From sequence record DRR723986_5863: a stretch of DNA of 43,703 nt; one strand, written 5' to 3'. Made by a program: the position numbers and the translations under genes. Of this stretch, positions 1 through 8,244 are shown one piece after another. Numbering within the stretch: position 1 is the stretch's first letter; the number at the start of each line of letters is the position of its first letter. The notes beneath the pieces were generated by a model. The model did not search any database. It worked only from the letters and a program-made list of their open reading frames with translations, and was not told the DNA's origin.

Positions 1-30
1 TCGCGGGTTCGAGCCCCGTCACTCGCGCCA
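1..30 (+). tRNA. 3' end of a tRNA, probably tRNA-Asp(GTC); serves as ICE attachment site (att core). Truncated by window start
   Basis: TCGCGGGTTCGAGCCCCGTCACTCGCGCCA = T-arm with GTTCGA loop, acceptor strand and CCA end; matches the alphaproteobacterial tRNA-Asp 3' end as I recall it; integrase starts 140 bp downstream. Anticodon not visible. Confidence 0.8.
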
Positions 31-116
31 TTTCTTCGGAAATGAAAGCTCCATAACCCCCTGAAATCATTGAACTTATCGGATTAGCGTGATGCCAATC
101 CGGGTTCGACGCCGGT

Positions 117-163
117 GTTTGCACTACAGTTTGCACTACAGTTTGCATACTTTTTGCACTACA
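117..163 (+). repeat. Four tandem 11-12 bp repeats (GTTTGCACTACA), candidate integrase arm-binding sites
   Basis: GTTTGCACTACA 117-128 and 129-140, GTTTGCATAC 141-150, TTTTGCACTACA 152-163, between the tRNA and the integrase ATG. Confidence 0.8.
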
Positions 164-170
164 AATCACG

Positions 171-1550
171 ATGAAGAATACAGGACTTGGAAAAAGATAT
201 CTCAAGGAACGCGGCGGCTGGTGGCACTATCAGCGGCGGGTTCCCTCTCGGTATGTTGACATTGACGACCGTGGTCTGATCCAGATCGCGCTGCGCACCC
301 AATCGATTGAAGTTGCCATGATGCGCCGCGACGGTCTCGCTGAAGCCGACGAAGCAATGTGGAATGCAAAGGCTCTTGAATTGATGGGGCCGAATGGAGA
401 CCGGACGGCTTGGCGGGTTGCAGACCATCGCCACAAGGCGGCTGTCTCACGGGCCATGGCACAGGGCTTTGTTTATCGGCCCGTCGAAGAGATCGCTGCA
501 CTTCCCGATCTAGAAGAGATTGTCGAGCGCCTGAAGGCCACCGACAGAGGCAAAGCGCCAACAGAAGCGAAAGCTGAAGCGCTTCTCGGCGGTGTTCCTG
601 AACCGGTAGATAAGACAACGGTCTCTGAGGCCTTTGAGCTTTATATCTCCAAGATCGCGTTCGACGACCAGTACAACAAATCCGACGCGCAGCGGCGGTC
701 CTGGGAAAAAACCAAGCGCACGTCGATTGACTACTTCATTCAGGAAATCGGCGACATTCCGCTGACGGATATCACACGTGAAATCGCGACGAAATATCGA
801 GACTGGTGGCAGACGCGGATGCTGCCGCAAAAGGACAGCTCAAAGCCTATCACGCCGAACACGGCCAATCGGCATGTCGGCAATATGCGCTCGCTATGCA
901 AACGCTACTTCAAATATCGCGGCGTGACAGATTTCGAGGATCCGTTTCGTGATTTCTTCTTCGCTGGCAAATCAACCGTCAAACGCGCCTCCTTCACGGA
1001 CGACTGGGTGCGCAGTCGCATTCTGGTGCCCGGTCTGTTTGATGGCTTGCGACTTGAGCTGCGGGTCATCATCTATCTTCTGATCGAAACGGGCGCGCGG
1101 CTGAGTGAGGTGGTCAATTTGCGTGCGCAGGATATTCGGCTGGATCATGACGTGCCGCACATCCAGATTCGCGCTGAACAAAACCGTGAATTGAAGACTG
1201 ATGACTCGGAGCGAGAAATCCCGCTTGTTGGTGTCGCCCTTCCGGCAATGCGCCTGTGTCCGACGGGTTTTGATCATTATTATGATCGCAGTACGCTGGT
1301 ATCAGCCAACCTTATGAAAGCCTTCAAACAACGTGATCTCATCCCAAGCCCGGACCATGTCATTTACTCGCTGCGCCACTCATTCGAGGATCGTATGCTC
1401 GAAGGCGGTCTTGATTACGGCCTGCGCTGCGCTTTGATGGGCCACAAGAACAACCGGCCAGAATATGGTCAGGGTGGCTCGCTGGCTTATCGGCGAGATC
1501 AGCTTGAGCGGATCGCGCATCCGTTTGATGCTGCGATGTTTGGGGTGTGA
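171..1550 (+). CDS. Tyrosine integrase of the ICE (DUF6538-like N-terminus)
   Basis: N-terminal YLKERGGWWHYQRRVP; catalytic motifs ETGARLSE, LKT, YSLRH, LMGH, PEYG; adjacent to the tRNA. Confidence 0.92.
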   Translation: MKNTGLGKRYLKERGGWWHYQRRVPSRYVDIDDRGLIQIALRTQSIEVAMMRRDGLAEADEAMWNAKALELMGPNGDRTAWRVADHRHKAAVSRAMAQGFVYRPVEEIAALPDLEEIVERLKATDRGKAPTEAKAEALLGGVPEPVDKTTVSEAFELYISKIAFDDQYNKSDAQRRSWEKTKRTSIDYFIQEIGDIPLTDITREIATKYRDWWQTRMLPQKDSSKPITPNTANRHVGNMRSLCKRYFKYRGVTDFEDPFRDFFFAGKSTVKRASFTDDWVRSRILVPGLFDGLRLELRVIIYLLIETGARLSEVVNLRAQDIRLDHDVPHIQIRAEQNRELKTDDSEREIPLVGVALPAMRLCPTGFDHYYDRSTLVSANLMKAFKQRDLIPSPDHVIYSLRHSFEDRMLEGGLDYGLRCALMGHKNNRPEYGQGGSLAYRRDQLERIAHPFDAAMFGV

Positions 1551-1561
1551 TAACGAAACTC

Positions 1562-1598
1562 CCCCTTTCGACGTCTCTTTTGAGAGGCGTGGAAGGGG
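1562..1598. terminator. Long stem-loop after the integrase, possible terminator
   Basis: CCCCTTTC-G-ACGTCTCT-tttg-AGAGGCGT-GGAAGGGG pairs with two G-T wobbles and one bulge; no U-tract on +. Confidence 0.5.
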
Positions 1599-1822
1599 TA
1601 AAAGAGTGGCCGCGCGCGGGTTCGACAGAGGTGAATATTGTATCCTTTTCAGGGTCTTAGACTTTCAAGAGGGCGATCTGGAAAACGGTCTTGAATACCG
1701 TCTCCGGCCTTATCGAACAGGCCAGCCAGGACCCGGATTTCTGCTTCCCCGTGTGTCCTGAGCGCTTCCCCAGGATGTGCAGTCTTTTGTGTCCTGACGG
1801 GGAAGCATCAGGAGATCGCCTC

Positions 1823-3133
1823 ATGCGCGCCAAACCAAAACTCAAGACATCGCCCGCCCCAAAGCCGGAAGAAGACCGCTTCGAATGGGACAGTTCAGAA
1901 ACGGGTCTCGGAATCCGTCACCGTTCAGACAGGAAACCGGCCTGGTATTTTCAGACGCGGGTCGATGGCAAAACTGTCCGTCGCTCATTGGGGCCTGTAG
2001 AAGACCTTTCCCGCGCAGAAGCCATCTCCAACGCCAATGATCTTCAGGACCAGCTCACCGGCAAGTCGCCTCTGCCAGTCCTCGTTCCGGATGTGCCGAA
2101 AGCCAGTGTCGCCGAGTTCACCGAACGGTTCCTGAGAGATGGTGCCCCCAATTGGAAACCCGCCACCATCACGGCGCACCGATACGTGATTTCCCGCTTC
2201 ATCGTGCCCGCGTTCGGTGCCCGCGATCTTGCCTCCCTGACTGCTGAGGAGGTTGCCACATGGTGGGCGGGGATGGACGCGTCAGCCGGAACCCGCAACC
2301 GCACCCTTGCCGTTCTTTCTGGCATCATTCGGCACGGAGAACTGCTGGGGTTGCGCGCGCCGGGGCTTAACCCCTGCCGGGGGCTCCGGCGACGTAAGTC
2401 CAACTTCCAAGCCCATAGACTGACGAGAGCTGATTATGGACGGCTTGGTGAAGCTCTACAGCATTTCGATCACCAATGGCCGATTGAAACCGCTCTCATT
2501 CGCTTTCTGGCGCTGACAGGCTGCCGCAAGTCCGAAGCCCGCTTTCTGCGCTGGGACATGATCGACGGCAGGCGGGCAGCGCTTCCAGACAGCAAGACCG
2601 GACCCCGTGCGATCTGGCTCGGAACACCGGCAATCAACCTGCTCGCTGCGCGGCCCACGGTCTCAGCGCTTGTGTTCGCCAAGCGCGACAAGCCTGTTTC
2701 AAACAACCAATTGGACAAGATCTGGCACAAGGTCCGTGATCAAGCCGGGTTCGCTAACCTTCGGATGCATGACCTTCGGCACGGGTTTGCATCGGTTGCT
2801 ATCTCATCTGGCGAACCGCTGCGAACCGTGTCCGGCTTGCTCGGACACTCTGACCTGCAGACGACCGCTGGATATGCGCAGTTTGCAGAGGCCCCTGTCA
2901 GAGATGCCGCTAAACGGGTAGCGGCCCATCTTGGAAAGGCGTTGACGGGCAACACAACACAGGCTGCGCCAGCGCCCAAAGGCATGGTCGCCGCATTTCT
3001 GGCTCAAGGGCTCCCCATGGACGCCTTTGCCGACGCTAACGGCATCAGCCTGTCCACGCTTCGCCAGAAGCTCGCGAGGCACTTCAAGGATGTCCGCCTG
3101 TCCCGTGCTGACAGCGAGGGTATCGAGCAATGA
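1823..3133 (+). CDS. Tyrosine recombinase A with Arm-DNA-binding (DUF4102-like) N-terminus
   Basis: AGGAG RBS at 1810-1814 before ATG 1823; WDSSETGLGIR arm domain; LTGCRKSE, DSKTG, HDLRH, LLGH, TAGYA all intact. Confidence 0.9.
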   Translation: MRAKPKLKTSPAPKPEEDRFEWDSSETGLGIRHRSDRKPAWYFQTRVDGKTVRRSLGPVEDLSRAEAISNANDLQDQLTGKSPLPVLVPDVPKASVAEFTERFLRDGAPNWKPATITAHRYVISRFIVPAFGARDLASLTAEEVATWWAGMDASAGTRNRTLAVLSGIIRHGELLGLRAPGLNPCRGLRRRKSNFQAHRLTRADYGRLGEALQHFDHQWPIETALIRFLALTGCRKSEARFLRWDMIDGRRAALPDSKTGPRAIWLGTPAINLLAARPTVSALVFAKRDKPVSNNQLDKIWHKVRDQAGFANLRMHDLRHGFASVAISSGEPLRTVSGLLGHSDLQTTAGYAQFAEAPVRDAAKRVAAHLGKALTGNTTQAAPAPKGMVAAFLAQGLPMDAFADANGISLSTLRQKLARHFKDVRLSRADSEGIEQ

Positions 3134-4314
3134 GCGCGCCGAAGAAGCATCTGACCGACACATTGGCGCGAAAGGCGAAATCCAGAACCCAAGAATACGC
3201 CCTCGCCGACGCCGCCCTGCAAGGGTTCGCGCTTCGCATTCAGCCTTCTGGCGCGAAGACATGGACGCTGAGACTGCGTATTGAGGGAAAAGTTCGCCGA
3301 TTCACGATTGGATCTGCCGAAACGATGAGCGCTGACGAAGCGAGAACGCGCGCGCTGCAGTTGCGCGCTGAGCATCAGCCGAAAACAATCCTGCTGCTCG
3401 CGGCAGCTGACGCGCCTGCCATGACGCTCCGCGAACTCAGCCAATGCCTCCTGCAGGCGAAGGACAGCATTTGGAGGCCGGGCACGATGAGGGCCGTCTC
3501 CACATACCTCAGGGCCGAATTGCTCCCCGCGTTCGGGGACCGTCCGATCAACCGACTGACGACGGCTGAAATTGCCGAATGGTTCCACGCCTACAGCATC
3601 AGGCGACCGGGCGGTGCCAATCAGGCCCTAACGCATCTGCGCACCACCTTGAAGTTTGCAAGGGACACCGGACGTCTGCCGCGCGATGCACCAGACCCGT
3701 CCCGTCCGATCCGCAAGAACACAAGGCGTGCACGCGGGCGGCTCCTCAATGCCGGCCAGCTTGCAAAACTAGGTGCCTGGCTGGAAGCGCCGCAACTGCG
3801 CTGGCTGGATGTCGCCGATGCCATCCATCTGATCCTGCTTACGGGTTGCCGGTCGGGCGAAATCTCACGCTTGCAATGGGCCGAAGTTCTGGAAGATCGT
3901 CTCCGGCTGACGACGGCCAAGACCGGCAGCCGGGACGTGGTCCTGACACCGCCAGCCTTAGCAATCCTTGCGCGGCGGCGCACAGGCGTGCGGTCGTTCT
4001 ATGTGTTCCCTGCCAGCCATGATGCGGGAACACCTATCGGGACATTAGATGTGCCGTGGCGATCCATCCGGGAACACATCGGACTACCCCGTGAAATCCG
4101 CTTGCACGACCTTCGCCACACCTATGCCAGCCAAGCCATCATGACCGGCGAAACACTCAGCATGGCGGGTCAGCTGCTTGGGCACCGAAGACCCCAGACA
4201 ACTGAAATCTATGCCCACCTCGACGCACAGCATCTCGCCGATGCTGCGGACAGAGTCTCCCGATCGATCTCTGAATATCTGGAATCTGGGAGTGGAGCCG
4301 CCGTTCGAATCTGA
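3130..4314 (+). CDS. Tyrosine recombinase B with Arm-DNA-binding (DUF4102-like) N-terminus, translationally coupled to A
   Basis: ATGA overlap at 3130-3133; DAALQGFALRIQPSGAKTW arm domain; LTGCRSGE, TAKTG, HDLRH, LLGH, TEIYA intact. Confidence 0.92.
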   Translation: MSAPKKHLTDTLARKAKSRTQEYALADAALQGFALRIQPSGAKTWTLRLRIEGKVRRFTIGSAETMSADEARTRALQLRAEHQPKTILLLAAADAPAMTLRELSQCLLQAKDSIWRPGTMRAVSTYLRAELLPAFGDRPINRLTTAEIAEWFHAYSIRRPGGANQALTHLRTTLKFARDTGRLPRDAPDPSRPIRKNTRRARGRLLNAGQLAKLGAWLEAPQLRWLDVADAIHLILLTGCRSGEISRLQWAEVLEDRLRLTTAKTGSRDVVLTPPALAILARRRTGVRSFYVFPASHDAGTPIGTLDVPWRSIREHIGLPREIRLHDLRHTYASQAIMTGETLSMAGQLLGHRRPQTTEIYAHLDAQHLADAADRVSRSISEYLESGSGAAVRI

Positions 4315-4379
4315 CCGGGTGGTTGATTAGACTTGACCCAAAATTGCGGGTGCTGGGGTGGCTTATGAACGGCGGCTTT

Positions 4380-4407
4380 ACTTCTGCATTGGGTCAATTG
4401 GAGACAT
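4380..4407. repeat. Putative recombination site A (11-6-11 imperfect palindrome)
   Basis: ACTTCTGCATT-GGGTCA-ATTGGAGACAT; an extra left arm ACGGCGGCTTT abuts it at 4369-4379. Confidence 0.55.
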
Positions 4408-4425
4408 CGCAGACCGGAGTGAAAT

Positions 4426-4995
4426 GTGGGATTGTTCGGGATGCTCACCGAAAACACCTTTCGAGATATTGTGACGTCTGTCCCGGAAAATGCCGAGATA
4501 CTTGCGGTGATGGAACAGTTGAGACTCCCCGATTGCTATCTGACCGCCGGATGTTTGTTTCAGCCGATCTGGAACCGGAAATCCAACCAACCTGATCTTC
4601 AGAACGTCAGGGATTTCGATGTTTTCTACTATGACAGTGACGTATCTTGGGAGGCGGAAAACTGGGTGATAAAGAGCGCAGAAAAACTTCTCGGCCCGCT
4701 GGCGGACCGCGTAGAGATCAGGAATCAAGCACGCGTCCACCTGTGGTATGAACGACGATTTGGAAACCCGATAGCGCCGCTCAAACACTCCCGTGACGGC
4801 ATCGATCAGTTTCTTATCTCATGCACCTGTGTCGGCATCAAAGTGAGCACGCGTGAACTCTATGCGCCATATGGGCTGTCCGAGTTGTCGGATGGCGTGC
4901 TGCGAATGAACCCCGCAAACCCAAAGCCGAAGCTTTTTTTGGAAAAGGCGTTGGACTATCAATCGCGGTGGCCCTGGTTATCTATTCCGCGGTGA
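4426..4995 (+). CDS. Nucleotidyltransferase-family protein (DUF925-like)
   Basis: LPDCYLTAGCLFQPIWN, RDFDVFYYD, VEIRNQARVHLWY, YAPYGL, RWPWL motifs; GGAG before GTG 4426 (alternative ATG 4441). Confidence 0.85.
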   Translation: MGLFGMLTENTFRDIVTSVPENAEILAVMEQLRLPDCYLTAGCLFQPIWNRKSNQPDLQNVRDFDVFYYDSDVSWEAENWVIKSAEKLLGPLADRVEIRNQARVHLWYERRFGNPIAPLKHSRDGIDQFLISCTCVGIKVSTRELYAPYGLSELSDGVLRMNPANPKPKLFLEKALDYQSRWPWLSIPR

Positions 4996-5023
4996 CGTCC
5001 CCTCAGACGCCGGGAGCAGACCA
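4995..5023. repeat. Putative recombination site B0 (11-7-11), overlapping the stop codon of the upstream gene
   Basis: ACGTCCCCTCA-GACGCCG-GGAGCAGACCA. Confidence 0.45.
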
Positions 5024-5030
5024 AGACGCT

Positions 5031-5062
5031 TAGGCTGGATCGGGGGCAAAAGCGGTCGTTAG
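5031..5062. repeat. Putative recombination site B (11-7-11)
   Basis: TAGGCTGGATC-GGGGGCA-AAAGCGGTCGT(TAG); 5047-5062 is a 15/16 inverted match to 12368-12383. Confidence 0.6.
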
Positions 5063-5143
5063 AATTACCTCCAACATCGATCGATTTAGCAGATAGTTCC
5101 CTATTTTTTTGGGCACGTCTGCAAAACGGCAACGGCTTCCCAT

Positions 5144-6349
5144 TTATCCGGTCGATTTCACATCGCGGAACGGCACGTCTTTATCCACGCCGTCGTCTTT
5201 TGGCAGGCCGAGGACGCGTTCCGCAATAATATTCCTTTGGATTTGGTCTGTCCCGCCACCGATAGAGTTCATATAGGCTTTCGCGGCATCGAAATTTGCG
5301 TTCGCCGCATCAGGGGCGTTGGCTCCGTCAAGCAATGCGCGAGGACCAAGAATGTCTGCGGCAATACGTGCTTCGCCGTGCTGTATGCGGGACATGGCCA
5401 GTTTGCCCAGTGACATGAGCGGCGAAGAGCCCGTTTGCATGATCTCTTGCTTTGCGCGTTTATTGTTCAGGGAATTGAGCTGGCGATAGGCAATGGCCGT
5501 CGCTATTTTTTGACGCAAAACTGGATCGGCCTCTTTGTTATGACGCGCGGCCAGTTCAATGAGGAGTGGCTTTTTCGGGCTATTCTGTCGCCCTCTGCGC
5601 TCTGTGCCGCCTTGGGCCATGATCAGGCGCTCATAGGCAATTGCGGTCTGAAATGACTTCCAGCCTTGGCCCGCTTCGCCAATCAAATTGGCGGCGGGCA
5701 CACGTGCCTCGGTAATGAAAACCTCATTGAACTCGGACTCGCCTGTGATCTGATTGATTGGGCGCACATCAACGCCGTCTTGCTTCATGGGGAACAGAAA
5801 AAAGCTGATGCCCTTGTGTTTAGGGACGTCCCAGTCGGTGCGCGCGAGCAGCATGCCATAATCGGCCTCAACCGCGTTTGAGGTCCACACTTTTTGCCCC
5901 GTCACGATATAATCGTCGCCGTCACGTTCAGCGCGGGTGCGGATGCCTGCAAGGTCAGAGCCTGCGCTTGGCTCCGAATAGAGAAGGCAGCAAATAGGCC
6001 CAGACAGCAGGTCTGGTAACATCGCGCGTTTCAGGTCATCAGATCCCAATTTAAATACGGTGATCGCACCCAGATGAAACCGATCACGTCCCCATCCCGG
6101 GGCCTTCACATTGCGAAATGCCTTTTCGATGATGGCCGCTTTTTTGGGCGACAGCCCAAGGCCAAACCAGTCTTGCGGCCATGACGGTGTGGCAAGGCCA
6201 GCATCGCGCACCTCGGTCAACCAAAGGCGCATTTCATTGGGGGAGTTACCCACCGCCTGCATGCGCGCGTCCGTCCAACGTTCTGACAGCCATGCGGTGA
6301 CGGCATCGCTGATCGCTTCGGGGGTGTTGTCAAAAGTGAGCTTGCTCAT
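5144..6349 (-). CDS. Acyl-CoA dehydrogenase (catalytic-type subunit)
   Basis: YSEPSAGSDL, GQKVWTS, EFNEVF, AYER, SIGGGTDQIQRNIIAERVLGLP; start MSKLT overlaps upstream stop (ATGA). Confidence 0.92.
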   Translation of the reverse strand: MSKLTFDNTPEAISDAVTAWLSERWTDARMQAVGNSPNEMRLWLTEVRDAGLATPSWPQDWFGLGLSPKKAAIIEKAFRNVKAPGWGRDRFHLGAITVFKLGSDDLKRAMLPDLLSGPICCLLYSEPSAGSDLAGIRTRAERDGDDYIVTGQKVWTSNAVEADYGMLLARTDWDVPKHKGISFFLFPMKQDGVDVRPINQITGESEFNEVFITEARVPAANLIGEAGQGWKSFQTAIAYERLIMAQGGTERRGRQNSPKKPLLIELAARHNKEADPVLRQKIATAIAYRQLNSLNNKRAKQEIMQTGSSPLMSLGKLAMSRIQHGEARIAADILGPRALLDGANAPDAANANFDAAKAYMNSIGGGTDQIQRNIIAERVLGLPKDDGVDKDVPFRDVKSTG

Positions 6350-7449
6350 GCGGCTGCCTCCCATGTTTGTAGGTAAAGTTCGCGGAATGTGTCGCTGCTG
6401 GCATATAACCATTCGCCCGCGCGGGCGCGGCGCCAGAATAAGTGGGCGTCATGCTCTTTTGTATAGGCAATGCCGCCGTGCATCTGGATGGCCTCGCTTG
6501 AGACGGTGCGAAAGTTGTCAGCGCATGCCAAGGCCGCCAGATAGACGAGCTGGCGCGATTCTGGTTTGTCTGCCGCTAGGGCGAGCGCTGCTTGACGCGA
6601 CACCGTGACCGCTGACTCCGTTTCAACGAGCAGGTCGGCCGCCATATGTTTCAGCGCCTGATAAGACCCAATTTGACGGCCAAACTGATAACGGTCTTTC
6701 AGATACTGAATGGTACGATTGAAAATCTCTTGCGTCGCTCCGGCTTGCTCAGCGGCAAAGCCCGTCAGCGTGAGGTGCAGCGCATGTTCAATTGCGGCAT
6801 CGGACACGCCAGACAGCCGTATTGCAGGCGCACCGGAAAGTGTCACACAGGCAAGCGAGAGGGTTGGGTCGTCCGTTTGCAGGCTGTCGATGGCGGCGTC
6901 ACTTACCGCAACTTCATAGACGCTCACCTCCTCGCCATCACTGGCAGTGATGAGCAGCCTGTCAGCACGGGAGGCATCAAGCGCAAGCCCTGCGACCCCA
7001 TCGAGCCGCCACGTATCGCCCGTGCGCGTGGCGCGAATGTCGGTCGGCGCAAGCCAGTCCTCTGCGGCGTTGCCCCGGACGACGGCATAGACCACCGAGC
7101 CATTCATAATTGCGCTTACCCGCGGGGTGACATAAGCGGTATCTGTGCTCGCCTGTATGAGGCTGGCTGCAAAAACAGCGGTTGAGAGATAAGGCGATGG
7201 CAGGAGCCGCGCGCCCATCACTTCCATGATGGCCTGCAGGTCGGCACTGTCGCCGCCCGCGCCGCCATGTGCCTCGTCCACTAGCAATCCCAACAAGCCG
7301 AGTTCCGCCATTTGCGTCCATAGCGCGCTATCGTACTTAGGCTCTGCCTTAACAGTGTCGCGAAGCGTGTCGGTAGAGGCGACATCGGTTAGCAACCGGT
7401 CTATAACGTCAACCAATGCAAGCCTGTCTTCAACTGTAAGTGCGCTCAT
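6346..7449 (-). CDS. Acyl-CoA dehydrogenase family protein (short partner subunit)
   Basis: LWTQMAELGLLG, RYQFGRQIGSYQALKH, AIQMHGGIAYTKEH; lacks the SEP-GSD motif; GGAG RBS before MSALT. Confidence 0.9.
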   Translation of the reverse strand: MSALTVEDRLALVDVIDRLLTDVASTDTLRDTVKAEPKYDSALWTQMAELGLLGLLVDEAHGGAGGDSADLQAIMEVMGARLLPSPYLSTAVFAASLIQASTDTAYVTPRVSAIMNGSVVYAVVRGNAAEDWLAPTDIRATRTGDTWRLDGVAGLALDASRADRLLITASDGEEVSVYEVAVSDAAIDSLQTDDPTLSLACVTLSGAPAIRLSGVSDAAIEHALHLTLTGFAAEQAGATQEIFNRTIQYLKDRYQFGRQIGSYQALKHMAADLLVETESAVTVSRQAALALAADKPESRQLVYLAALACADNFRTVSSEAIQMHGGIAYTKEHDAHLFWRRARAGEWLYASSDTFRELYLQTWEAAA

Positions 7450-7481
7450 ACCTGCATCATCTCCATCGCGAAATTTAAAAC

Positions 7482-7524
7482 TCGAACATATGTTCAACTT
7501 GCATTAAGTTGAACAATGGTTCAA
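7482..7524. promoter_or_regulatory. Two palindromic operators TYGAAC-N4-GTTCAA in the divergent ACAD/TetR promoter
   Basis: TCGAACATATGTTCAA 7482-7497 and TTGAACAATGGTTCAA 7509-7524; same motif recurs at 12263-12278. Confidence 0.75.
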
Positions 7525-7572
7525 TTTTGATGTCAAGTATTGCGGATCCCTTCCGTCGCGAGGTGTATCAGG

Positions 7573-8208
7573 ATGACAAACACGCAGGCAGCCGCCAACA
7601 CAAGGCGGCAACCCGTACAGGAGCGCGCCGTGAAACGCCGCGCACGCATTGTTGAGGGCGCGATGGAGGTCATCGCAACTGACGGCATTGATGCCCTAAA
7701 TATGCGCGATATTGCGAAAGCCGCCGGCGTTGGCATTGGCACACTATACGACTATTTTCCAAGCCGGTCGGATTTGATCTGCCATGTCACTGATGATTGG
7801 CTGACACGAAAACTTGCAGTGTTTGACGCGACGATTGCGACCGTATCGAAAGACGACAAATTCCGGAACTTTATCGTGCGATACCGCAAGGCTATGCAGG
7901 ATGCTGGGTTTGGAACGCCCTTTGATACAGAGATCAGCCGCGCCGCCGCCAATGACAAAAAGGTCGCGGCCATCATTGATGATTATAGGTCAGAGGCCAT
8001 CGAGCGATACACGCAAGTCCTACAGCACGCGGGATCAACCTGGACCAAGCGCCAATTGCGGCCCATCTCGCGGTTCCTCTTGCAGCTGTCAGAACAAGTT
8101 GAACCCGCCACGGGGTTTGAAGGGACGGCCGAGGACCGCGTCATTGTTGGTGAGCTGATCGCGCAAACAATTGTCAGCACATTAAAACGGACTCTGCAGC
8201 CGCGTTGA
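7573..8208 (+). CDS. TetR/AcrR-family regulator
   Basis: RQPVQERA...LNMRDIAKAAGVGIGTLYDYFPSR HTH. Confidence 0.92.
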   Translation: MTNTQAAANTRRQPVQERAVKRRARIVEGAMEVIATDGIDALNMRDIAKAAGVGIGTLYDYFPSRSDLICHVTDDWLTRKLAVFDATIATVSKDDKFRNFIVRYRKAMQDAGFGTPFDTEISRAAANDKKVAAIIDDYRSEAIERYTQVLQHAGSTWTKRQLRPISRFLLQLSEQVEPATGFEGTAEDRVIVGELIAQTIVSTLKRTLQPR

Positions 8209-8244
8209 GATGACACGCACTGATGGGCATAGAGGGAGCTAAAA

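Noticed and set aside
117-163. CRISPR array
   Set aside because: Repeats are 12 bp with no spacers and no cas genes are present.
1615-1625. CGCGGGTTCGA identical to tRNA positions 2-12 (and CGGGTTCGAC at 101-110) as a second att site
   Set aside because: Only 11 bp, lacks the acceptor/CCA part, and plausible by chance in GC-rich DNA.
1691-1822. Upstream extensions given by the ORF track (also 36316 for ardC, 40255 for the HTH gene, 41374 for the relaxase, 22701 for trbD)
   Set aside because: Better RBS or stop-start overlap at downstream starts; the extensions are not protein-like.
171-4314. Three adjacent recombinases as a RIT element or integron integrase
   Set aside because: The first is separated by a hairpin and 270 nt and is a different family; no IntI-specific insertion or attC boxes recognised.
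4333-4397. 9-bp inverted repeat TTGACCCAA/TTGGGTCAA as a terminator or attC
   Set aside because: The interior does not pair and there is no U-tract; the right copy is explained as the core of site A.
4323-4595. 91-aa ORF containing TSALGQLET
   Set aside because: Overlaps the nucleotidyltransferase in another frame; it is the translation of the palindromic site.
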